Shown in pieces: positions 55,049-64,000 of a stretch of DNA of 64,000 nucleotides. The stretch is from Schmidtea nova (lineage: Eukaryota). The DNA lies in assembly GCA_044892505.1 (NCBI GenBank), contig CM097883.1, forward strand, positions 290,346,001 to 290,410,000, in the 5' to 3' direction. The position numbers and the translations under genes were made by a program. Positions within the stretch are counted from its first letter, which is position 1, and each line of letters begins with the position of its first letter. The notes beneath the pieces are model-generated. The model was given only the letters and a program-made list of their open reading frames with translations, was not told the DNA's origin and made no database searches.

Positions 55049-56425
55049 ATGGACAGAGAAGAACGAACAATCGAAATCTTGAGATTAGAAAACAGAAAAT
55101 GGAGCAAGAGGCTCACATGCGGGAAGTGTAACAATTTATTACGAGAACCTAGACAAACGATATGTGGATGTAGAATATGTACAAAATGTATACAAGAATT
55201 AGATGCAACAGGAATAACAACATGCCCAGAATGTAAAGAAGGAAGAATAGTGTTGGACGAAACCAGAACGGATAAAGCAACCCAGAGAGAAATTATGAGC
55301 ACCATAACGGAGTGCGTAAATACACCTTGTACATGGCAAGGACAAATAAGCAATCTAGAAAATCACATGGAAAATTGCGAAGAGAAAAGAGCCGAATGCG
55401 AGAAGTGTCAACAGATAATAATACTAAAAAAGAAAGAACAACACAAGGACGAATGTAAAGAAGAAGAAATCGCATGCAAGTATTGTGAAACTCGAGAGAC
55501 AAGGAGAAGAATCGAAGAAGAACACTTAAATATAACAGAGGAGAAAATATGCGGACAATATGTAAGCAAATGTCCAAACAATTGCGAAATAACAGAAGAA
55601 ATAAAGTTACATGAACATTGGAAAATATGCACCGAAAGGCCAAGAGAATGTCCATATAACAAGCATGGATGCAAGGAAAAGCGGACGCGAAAAACAATGA
55701 AACAACACCTAGAAGAAGCAGCACTAACGCATGTGGAAATGACAAACGAAACGACAAAAGAAACGGAACAGACAATCCAGAAATTAGAAAAAGAAGTAGA
55801 ATCACATAAGATAATGATGAGTTTACTATTAGAAACAAGAGAGCAGTTTGAACTAACTCGCAAAAGAATGGAAGAGAAAATAATAGCCATAGCAGAATTA
55901 GGAAAAGGAATGAAAATACAATATAATCAATTAATACGAGAAATTGACGAAAGAAGGGACTTACCAATCGCACCTTACCTATGGAAAGTAACAGATTTCA
56001 GAGACAAACTAGCAGAAGCCAGAAATATGACGAAAACAGCAGTAATAAGCCCACCATTTTATTTATGGAAAAATGGGGTTAAAATAAGATTGAAAGTATA
56101 CCCAAATGGAGACGGAAGAGGACAAGGAACACACGTGTCAATATTTTTCTCGCTATGTAAAGGAGAATACGATGACCTAATAGAATGGCCCTTGAAAGTA
56201 GGAGTCATTATAAGAATCAGGAGTGTGGGAAAACCAGTAGAAAAGTTCTTTGAAACAGACAAACATACGAGTACGAGCGAAAAACCAACGACAGAATGCG
56301 GACTAGCAGCAGGAGAACCAATGTTTATAAGGAAAGAAAACCTATGGGAACGACTATATGCAGACACGCTATACATAGAGATGGAGAGGCATGAGAAAAC
56401 GGATAAAAAAGGATGGTTGGCGTAA
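55049..56425 (+). CDS. TRAF: TRAF-family protein (RING, TRAF zinc fingers, coiled coil, MATH), intronless, 458 aa
   Basis: CGKCNNLL.EP.QT.CGCR.C..C RING; five Zn-finger-like repeats; YLWKVTDF, ISPPFY, KVYPNGDGRGQGTHVSIFF.LCKGEYDDL.EWP MATH motifs. Confidence 0.95.
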   Translation: MDREERTIEILRLENRKWSKRLTCGKCNNLLREPRQTICGCRICTKCIQELDATGITTCPECKEGRIVLDETRTDKATQREIMSTITECVNTPCTWQGQISNLENHMENCEEKRAECEKCQQIIILKKKEQHKDECKEEEIACKYCETRETRRRIEEEHLNITEEKICGQYVSKCPNNCEITEEIKLHEHWKICTERPRECPYNKHGCKEKRTRKTMKQHLEEAALTHVEMTNETTKETEQTIQKLEKEVESHKIMMSLLLETREQFELTRKRMEEKIIAIAELGKGMKIQYNQLIREIDERRDLPIAPYLWKVTDFRDKLAEARNMTKTAVISPPFYLWKNGVKIRLKVYPNGDGRGQGTHVSIFFSLCKGEYDDLIEWPLKVGVIIRIRSVGKPVEKFFETDKHTSTSEKPTTECGLAAGEPMFIRKENLWERLYADTLYIEMERHEKTDKKGWLA

Positions 56426-56538
56426 TGAAGGAAATAACCATGTAAATAAAATGTATAGAAACAATATGAAATAACAAATAATCAAAAACAATAAAAATAA
56501 AAACTGATTAAATATTCTTTTTATCTGTAATTATAGAA

Positions 56539-57600
56539 ATGGGAAATATAGAAGTAACCTTACAAGAAGTAACCGTACATCAAGACGAAATGATCAGAAA
56601 TCACATGGAGCGGATTGGGATATGGATTCACGCCTATTATCGTAAACAGGAAGAATTGGAAAGACAAACCGAAGTACTAAGAGAAGCTGAAGAAAGGAAT
56701 CAAAGAAGTAGAGAAAAAATAGAGGAAGTCTATAAATTACTGAGGCAACAAAACGAATACTACAAAGGAATGATGAAAGAGCGACGAGAGGATAGAGATA
56801 GACAACAGATAAAAACAGACCACAAGATCCAGTCAATCACCGAACAAGCAAGATATTGGAAGAAAGAGGCAAAAGACTCTTACAAGGAAGCAAGGGAGAT
56901 AATTGAACGAACAGCGTATAGCGATGATTGGAAACTGTTTAAAGAGATCGATGAATTAAAAGAGGAATTAGGGCAAAAGATCAGTCAAGAAGCGTCAAAT
57001 AAAGTATGGAGTAAGAAAAGACAACAATTTATCAGAGAACAAGCCAAGAAAATAAAAGAATTAACTTATCAAGTACAAAGAATGGGAGAAGATTTAGCCA
57101 ATCAAGAACAATTAAAAGGTATGCTGACCGAAATGTGGAATCACAAGGAAGAAAACATGAAAAGAGACATAAATGGATATCAAGGAGTGATCACCCAGAA
57201 GAAAATAGAATTAAAAAGGACTAAAGAAAGAATGGAAGAAACAAAACAGAGTTATGAAGAAAACATAACCAACTTGACAAAAGAAAACGAAGAACTGAGA
57301 AAGAAGCTAATAGAAAAACCAGTACCCACAAAGGAAACAAGTATCACAGCAGCAGTGACCGAAATGATAGAGAAAGAAGAGAGAGAGAAAAAATTAGCAG
57401 AACTAGAAAAACAAATAGAAACCCTAACAGAGCAGGCGAACTATCTGGAATACTTATTAGATGAAGAGATCCAGATATCCCACACGTACCGAGAGGAAGT
57501 GGAAATGTGGAGGAGTACGGTAATATGGATGCCACTCCCCATAAACCAGGTGGAACCTCAAGACGAAGGTTTTCACGAACCTAACGAAACCCTCGTGTAA
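56539..57600 (+). CDS. 353-aa long coiled-coil accessory protein
   Basis: E/K/Q/R-rich heptads throughout; TAG-AA-ATG start context. Confidence 0.75.
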   Translation: MGNIEVTLQEVTVHQDEMIRNHMERIGIWIHAYYRKQEELERQTEVLREAEERNQRSREKIEEVYKLLRQQNEYYKGMMKERREDRDRQQIKTDHKIQSITEQARYWKKEAKDSYKEAREIIERTAYSDDWKLFKEIDELKEELGQKISQEASNKVWSKKRQQFIREQAKKIKELTYQVQRMGEDLANQEQLKGMLTEMWNHKEENMKRDINGYQGVITQKKIELKRTKERMEETKQSYEENITNLTKENEELRKKLIEKPVPTKETSITAAVTEMIEKEEREKKLAELEKQIETLTEQANYLEYLLDEEIQISHTYREEVEMWRSTVIWMPLPINQVEPQDEGFHEPNETLV

Positions 57601-57679
57601 ATGAGCGGAAACCAATTGTAAATAGATGATGTAAAATAAAAAGCGTCAAGCTGTATTGACTCCTATGTAAAGATAGAAA

Positions 57680-58240
57680 ATGAGAAAGCTCGCAATACCA
57701 ATACTCCTAGGGTTAATAACCATCACCCTACAGAGAGAAGATCTACAACTTACCGAAACCCAATTACGAGTTCTACCCGACAAAACCTACCAAAAAGTAG
57801 ACAGCCTAATCGAAGAAGTAATTAAAGAAATCAACGAATTCCGACAGAAATATCCCCACAATCAAGATCATCAAATCCAACAAATCTTAGATAACCAACA
57901 ACTGAAGCTAAAAGAAACCCAAAAAACCCTGAAAGAAGGTAGAGAGCCCATAAAAAGCCTAGCCCAAGCTGAAATAGAATATCAAGAGAAATATATCATA
58001 GCAATCATCATAATCCTCTCAATCAGCGTAACTATCATCGCAATCACAATCCTGATTGCCTCCTACCGGATAAAAATCCTCAAACAGAAACAAACCATCG
58101 TCAATCAAACATCAAGGCGAGACAAACGAACCCAAAGACGTATGAGAAAACATCTAGATCAAATTCAGACCCACTACGAATTAGCTACAATCAATGAGAG
58201 AACTCAAACCCAACCCAATGCGAGCCGGAGGATCGAATAG
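57680..58240 (+). CDS. 186-aa predicted type I membrane protein
   Basis: N-terminal hydrophobic leader (LAIPILLGLITITL), helical ectodomain, TM (IIAIIIILSISVTIIAITILIA), basic tail. Confidence 0.7.
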   Translation: MRKLAIPILLGLITITLQREDLQLTETQLRVLPDKTYQKVDSLIEEVIKEINEFRQKYPHNQDHQIQQILDNQQLKLKETQKTLKEGREPIKSLAQAEIEYQEKYIIAIIIILSISVTIIAITILIASYRIKILKQKQTIVNQTSRRDKRTQRRMRKHLDQIQTHYELATINERTQTQPNASRRIE

Positions 58241-58427
58241 ACTTTGTGAACATCTCTGATGAACCTTTAACTATCCTGTGACAATAATCTGATAATATTC
58301 AACTATTCTATAACAAATCTCATGATGTGTATAAATTCTATCACCCTAAGTGATTTTCTTGTGTTTATGTATATATCTGTAAAACTTTTTATGTATGATG
58401 TTATAAGTAGTTATGTATAATTAATTG

Positions 58428-58457
58428 CGGGACGCAATTTTAGGGGTCCCCGAGTGA
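58428..58457 (+). promoter_or_regulatory. PPT position, atypical (CGGGACGCAATTTTAGGGGTCCCCGAGTGA)
   Basis: Immediately precedes the 3' LTR; CGGGACG..TTTT..GGGG resembles Gypsy pre-LTR tracts but is not purely purine. Confidence 0.55.
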
Positions 58458-59747
58458 TGTTGGGCCCACCAATTGGTCTAAAAAGGCAAAAATATTGTAC
58501 TAATTTAAACAATAAATACAAATAATAACCACAAAAAACATTCGAAAAACCTAAATTAAAAATTAAAATAAAATAATAAATAATAATTACTAAATTTCCA
58601 GCAAAGGAAGAAAATCAAATTGACACGAGAACGAGCAGTATGGGGGTCTGAAATAAGAAAATTACAAATAAAATCAAATAAAAGTACAATTAATTGGTTA
58701 ATTACTTGAAAAATCGAGACCACCCAGCGAGAAATCTGAACCGGAAATTTAAAATGGTTTATATTAAAATAAAATAACAAAATTACTTTGATGGACGGCC
58801 TGATCCTGATTGGTCAATCTGACCAACTGGATCAGTATAAATACCGATCCAAAAATCATACAGACAACACCTAACAACTTAGTTACCGAACTGAACTATC
58901 ATAGTCAACTTTGATACGATAAATACTGTATAAATTTTTGGAGAACACTGCATCGTGGATTTAAACAGTAAATTTTTTTTTTGTATTGTATTTTGTATTA
59001 ATTTTTATGATATGTTTCATGATTCCCATTTGTTTTATTTTCATTTAATATAATTTATTACTATTGCTCTATTTTTTTTTCTTATGCCATTATTTTATGA
59101 TATAATAAATATACTTCCTCAGTAGCTTACGCTGCGAGGGAGCAAGCCGTAAATGTGGGATTTCACCGTTCCACAAGATGGTGAGCAGAGTTTCTATTGG
59201 TATTCTTTATTTAATTTAATTTTTTCGGAAGTTTCACGGTACGGTAAAGTTGTGCAGGGACAAGGACACGAGTAAAATTTGTAGACAGTGGTTAACATTT
59301 ACATTCGATCAGACAGGCGAAAACAAACTATAATATCAATTCTCAGGTCGACTAGATCGATTTTTTCATATACACGCAAATTTTTGTAAATCAACATAGC
59401 TGATCGAAATAATGTCCGGACACACCGAGACGATTTCGACGTTTCAACTACAGTTTAATTTAGACATAAACAACGACATATTCGGATCGACACTACTGAT
59501 TAAATAAGTAAGATCGTAACCTGATCGCTGTACATAGCGCAGGTAATAATAGGTAAATTTTTAATATTCCGATCGCTGTACATAGCGACGGTGTTAATTG
59601 AATAGTTTGGAAAATATTTTTTTTATTTCCTCCTTTTCACATTTTTTTTTGTGTTATTGATCAACGAGCAGAGCACTTTTTATCAGGTCTCGCCAAAATT
59701 TACGGATTTATCACAGTAAAATTCTATTAGCATTATTATTTTCGCAG

Positions 59748-60248
59748 ATGAAATCAACGATACTGGATGAATTTCTAACAACTCAACGTCATGTGGCACG
59801 GGTCGAAAATCCTCTAATCCGGACGCAACGGAAGAAATTGAAGTCGCTTCCACAGGAACTCCTCAGAACGCTAAATGCGTTGATGTATAAATGGAGAAGG
59901 GAACTAGGAAAGAAATGCCCATTTTCGATTTGGGCCGGTGGATTGGATACCATCGTATATCGAGGAGGCCCCGGATGGGAAATTCAGGACGAAAGAGACC
60001 GGGAGACGACAGCTTTGTTCATCATAGTGGTGTCAGACAGCGAAGGAAATCCAACGACAGTGATCCATTGGGGATATGTCTCACCGCTCAAGTTGCTTAA
60101 ATTCGGGTTGATTCCGAATCACCTACCGAAAACGTGCCACGGACGCCCCAAACTAAACTGTTCGATGGCTCACATCCGACGAAATCCAGTCAATCACGGG
60201 TTGCATATTACTCCCGTTCACGGCCTCAAGCGAAGTGTTTTCCACTAA
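59748..60248 (+). CDS. LTR ORF-A (3' LTR copy)
   Basis: Identical protein to 33611-34111. Confidence 0.65.
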   Translation: MKSTILDEFLTTQRHVARVENPLIRTQRKKLKSLPQELLRTLNALMYKWRRELGKKCPFSIWAGGLDTIVYRGGPGWEIQDERDRETTALFIIVVSDSEGNPTTVIHWGYVSPLKLLKFGLIPNHLPKTCHGRPKLNCSMAHIRRNPVNHGLHITPVHGLKRSVFH

Positions 60249-60433
60249 ACATTATATTCACATTTTTATCAACTAAACGATTTCAATAAATTAAATGGTG
60301 TTGATCCGTGTTTTTTGTTTGTCCTTAGTTAAATTTATTTCTATTTATTTAATCATATGATTTTTACACTCGACGGATAATATTAATCTTGGTAACATGT
60401 TTGATGCATTATAAATTGGGTTTGTTATTTAGT

Positions 60434-61024
60434 ATGACGGAAACTAGCCAACAGCGAGAATTGGACAAGGCGTGGAGAATCCGCCGAGCATTGGAAAAGG
60501 AGCTAAACCAAGAAAAAGCCTTACGAGCCAAAGCAGAAGCTCAGATTCAGCATTTACGGACCAGCTGGTTCGCACCAGCTCGCATGAAGGAGCAGATGAG
60601 TCGGACGGAAAGGGCTCAAAAGACAGCTGACGATTATCGCACCGAATGGGAAGCAACAAAAATTGAGTTGCGCCGATGTCTCCATTCGGTGACGACTTCA
60701 TTTATCGAGTCCGAATTGAAAGCACAAATCCGACCCATTACTTACCAGAAATGGGTAGGAGAACAGAAAGTGGCCTGCTCAGTCAGTACGGACACCGATG
60801 GACTCGAGGCAACCACAGTGCAGAGTCGGGTGGAAACCCCCACTGTACCAAACCCCGTCGGAAGAACGAATAAGTGGAAACGAATCGGCTCCAAGCGCCG
60901 TCGCCAAAGAAAGCTGTTTTCTCAACAATTGCAGACACAAGTAACCACTATGGCAGAAATGTCGGAGGCCGAGTGGTTATCAGAGATATTCCCTCCAGAA
61001 GGAATTTTCAAAGAATTTCTATAA
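60434..61024 (+). CDS. LTR ORF-B (3' LTR copy)
   Basis: One K>E difference from the 5' copy. Confidence 0.8.
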   Translation: MTETSQQRELDKAWRIRRALEKELNQEKALRAKAEAQIQHLRTSWFAPARMKEQMSRTERAQKTADDYRTEWEATKIELRRCLHSVTTSFIESELKAQIRPITYQKWVGEQKVACSVSTDTDGLEATTVQSRVETPTVPNPVGRTNKWKRIGSKRRRQRKLFSQQLQTQVTTMAEMSEAEWLSEIFPPEGIFKEFL

Positions 61025-61500
61025 CAGATAGAATACGATGTCCGATTTGGGAGTCAATTAAATCTTTGCTCGTTTTTGTTTTGTTGTTGTTATTTCCTTT
61101 GTATTTCTTTCGATTAAATAATTCATATAATTAAATTTCAATTACCCGTCACACAACGAAAGGAGTAGCGATAAAAAGAACTTGAATATTATCAAATTCG
61201 TAGTTTGGTTCTGCTTGTTTGTTTTTTTTTTTTTTTTTTTGATAAATACATAGCCTCACACACACAAAATAGAACAAGAATTGCGTAAGTCCTTCTACGG
61301 CCGCGTGAACCCGTAAGCATAAAGGGGGAGTAGTCCTAGCAATAGTGCTCACCTGCCCCTCATTGCTTAACCACCCTGCGCATCACCAACTTGGTTATCA
61401 AGGGAAATAATCAAGGGCGCTCGAGTGTAGCTTACGACTATTTATGCATGATCATGGATGGGAGATCCCTAGCAATCATTAGAATTTTTACCAAACCGTC

Positions 61501-61757
61501 NNNNNNNNNNNNNNNNNNNNNNNNNNNNNNNNNNNNNNNNNNNNNNNNNNNNNNNNNNNNNNNNNNNNNNNNNNNNNNNNNNNNNNNNNNNNNNNNNNNN
61601 NNNNNNNNNNNNNNNNNNNNNNNNNNNNNNNNNNNNNNNNNNNNNNNNNNNNNNNNNNNNNNNNNNNNNNNNNNNNNNNNNNNNNNNNNNNNNNNNNNNN
61701 NNNNNNNNNNNNNNNNNNNNNNNNNNNNNNNNNNNNNNNNNNNNNNNNNNNNNNNNN
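61501..61757. other. Assembly gap (257 N) hiding the LTR end and right TSD
   Basis: Run of N. Confidence 1.
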
Positions 61758-61939
61758 AAAATAATAAAATTAAATTGACTTCATTTAAACAAAAATTTAA
61801 AATTTAAAAATTCACTTCATTTAAACAAAATTAAAAAATTAAAAAAATTTTTAGGGGGGGTTAAAAAAAATTTTTTTAGGGGGGGTTGGGGGGTCTGTTC
61901 CTGTTCTTGGCCGCTCCCCCTACTCTACTGATTTTTTAG

Positions 61940-62539
61940 TTGAATTCATTATTTGAAATCATGAAAGATTTTGAAAATCAAATTGATCACATTCCACAGG
62001 GATATTTTTTTGAGGACATTGGAAAGGTTTTAGAAATATGGTTTAATTCGGACAACAATGAATGCAAATTGCGATACAGTTCTGAAAGCTCGAACATTCA
62101 AATTCTTGACAAAGTCAATAACCAAATCTTTTCAAAAATGTCCCATGATCATGTGGATTCTTATGTGTTGAGTGAAAGCATTTTGTTCGTATCGCAAAGG
62201 AGGATAATCCCAGAAACTTGTGGCACATTTCTATTAAATGCTTCGAAATCGATATTGGAATTCGGTAAATGTTTAGGGTTTCAAGAATACCAGATATTTC
62301 ATTCGCGTCGTCGATTTGAATATCCTGCTTGTCACATATTGGTTGCTCAAAATCTATTTGATGAAATTGATCATTTCGATACTGTTGCTAATGTCAAAGG
62401 AAATGCCTACTCGTTTGGATCGACTCATGTGACACTGATAATGACATGCTGTGTGGTTCTCAAATGTAAAACGAATAACATTATGAACATCTCATTAGAA
62501 ATAAATTTACAAATAATACACCGTTTAGAAAACAAGTAA
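61940..62539 (+). pseudogene. AMD1: S-adenosylmethionine decarboxylase N-terminal fragment
   Basis: FFEDIGKVLEIWF, DSYVLSESILFVSQRRI..TCGT..L, FHSRRRF match AdoMetDC; only about half length, the Glu11 equivalent is Gly, ATG start not certain. Confidence 0.8.
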
Positions 62540-62652
62540 TACGGATGCGGCAGAGAACTTTTAATATAATCAATTGCCATAAGTAAGCAAGTAAATCAAT
62601 TCGCCAGTAATGTCCAAACCTATAGTCTACATTTCATGCAATACATCCATAA

Positions 62653-63967
62653 TCAATCACCATTACTGTCGCTGTCCTCGCTACAGTTAGTGAATCCATC
62701 GAAACTTGTATCATATTCACTGTCTTCATCAAGGAAGCGAAGCATGTTGGCAGCAGTATCTGGGTCATAAATTGACTCTTCATCACTATCATCATCGTCA
62801 GCTGAATCGAAACATTCCTCTGCTGCTGGCTCTGCATTAACTTCACTACCGGTCACCGTTAGTAGGCCAGTCTTAATAAAACCGTTGCAAATAGTTTCTG
62901 TGCTGATTTGCTGCCACTTCAACGTACGTTGCACGTCTCTGCTTTCTAGCTAGTGTGAATGTGTGTTCGCCTTCACTCATCCACTTTTCCCATTCATTGC
63001 GGGCAAAACACTTGAATGGATGATTAACAGCAATATCAAGTGGCTGAAGCTTACATGTTAAACCGCCCGGAACGACAGCAATGTGAGCACCAGTCTTATT
63101 GATCTGTTTGTGAACAGATGTCTCCTTGTGTGCAGCCATTGCATCCAAAATTAACAACGATTTTGGCATAAAGAATTCACCCTGTCTAGCACGATAGCAT
63201 CTTTCAGTTCACTCTTTCATCACATTAGTGTTCGTCCATCCTTTTTTGTTGCACACAACAATCACTTCCTGTGGCAGTTTCTCACGTGGCATTGTCACTC
63301 GTTTGAATATAACCATTGGTTTCAACTTCTCACCAGCAGCTGAGCATGCCAGGACAACGGTGAAACATGTGCGCTCATGTCCAGTTGTGGTAATAGGAAC
63401 CGTTTTAGAACCAGTATCTGCGACAGTGCGAGTTGCTGGAATATCAAAAGACATAGGTACCTCATCCATGTTAATGACATCGCAAGGATTTAAGTTCTGT
63501 TCTGCAATATTTCTTCTAAAAAATTCCTGAAAGTCGTCTACTTTCTTTTCCCAATTCTCTGACAGTTTCTGGCCAACTGTTTTGCGTGCACGAACGGAAA
63601 GTTGATTAAGTCTCATCAACTTAAAAACCCAGTTGATGCCACCAGTGAAATTATCTATCTTCATTTCAGCAGCCATTATTTTCACTTTCAGTTTAATACC
63701 AACTGTTAACACTGCCCTGTTGTTTTCACGCTGAGAGCGAACCCATGCTGAAATATTTGTCTCAAGCTGCGGCCATCTAACATTTCCCCCTCGACGAGCT
63801 CTTTTGCGTGAATTAATCTGCTCTAAACTTTATATGTCTTTTTGCCATTCACGAATAGATTTTTCATCAACATCATACTGTCTTCCAGCGGCTCTATTGC
63901 CCATTGTAGCAGCAAGCGCACAAACTTGTAGCTTAAAATCAGCGGTATAAGACTTGCGCTTTGGCAT
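62653..63967 (-). mobile_element. Degenerate pogo/Tigger (POGK-like) transposase
   Basis: MPKRKSYTADFKL Brinker-like HTH, RWPQLE..ISAW, INMDEVPMSFD, TTGHERTCFTVVL, LLILDAMAAH, QPLDIAVN.PFK; several stops. Confidence 0.92.
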
Positions 63968-64000
63968 TTTTAGGCGTAACAAATACTACTGAATACCTAT

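Larger units (their letters stand above)
32321..61500 (+). mobile_element. Giant (~29.2 kb) Ty3/Gypsy LTR retroelement with env and accessory genes; predicted end ~61513 lies in the gap
   Basis: Direct LTRs at constant offset 26137, PBS, gag, PR-RT-RH-IN order (Gypsy type), all ORFs uninterrupted. Confidence 0.97.
58458..61500 (+). repeat. 3' LTR (last ~13 bp in gap)
   Basis: Colinear with the 5' LTR, no indels, at least six substitutions seen by eye. Confidence 0.97.

Noticed and set aside
37236-57535. Many hydrophobic minus-strand ORFs and short alternate-frame ORFs overlapping gag, env-pol and TRAF
   Set aside because: Expected shadows of an A-rich sense strand (T-rich antisense gives F/L/S/I runs); no motifs and no independent support

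Overview
Draft-assembly window (N gaps at 26197-26324 and 61501-61757) from a very AT-rich animal genome with tiny introns (43-47 bp). The host taxon cannot be fixed from sequence alone. Bases 1-32 kb are mostly a transposon and pseudogene graveyard: hAT MITE, broken Buster-type and ZMYM1-type hAT elements, a piggyBac remnant split by a 2.7-kb solo LTR, a 756-bp TRIM-like element, satellites, decayed GPSM/NF-YB/PSMA6/PARN copies and one intact prominin-like ORF. The main feature is a young, apparently intact ~29.2-kb Ty3/Gypsy LTR retroelement (32321 to ~61513) with 3056-bp near-identical LTRs and a tRNA-Pro PBS. Its layout is unusual. Each LTR holds two ORFs. An IAP-type RING gene precedes gag. 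Gag runs to 1809 aa with three zinc knuckles, ubiquitin-like folds, an AT-hook and a Bcl-2-like C-terminus. One 3854-codon ORF then places a chuvirus-like fusion glycoprotein in frame UPSTREAM of PR-RT-RH-IN, followed by ankyrin repeats and duplicated FN3-like membrane modules. Four small genes, including a full TRAF, follow in operon-like spacing. An AMD1 fragment and a pogo-like transposase remnant lie after the second gap. All domain calls are by-eye motif recognition; no database searches were run.
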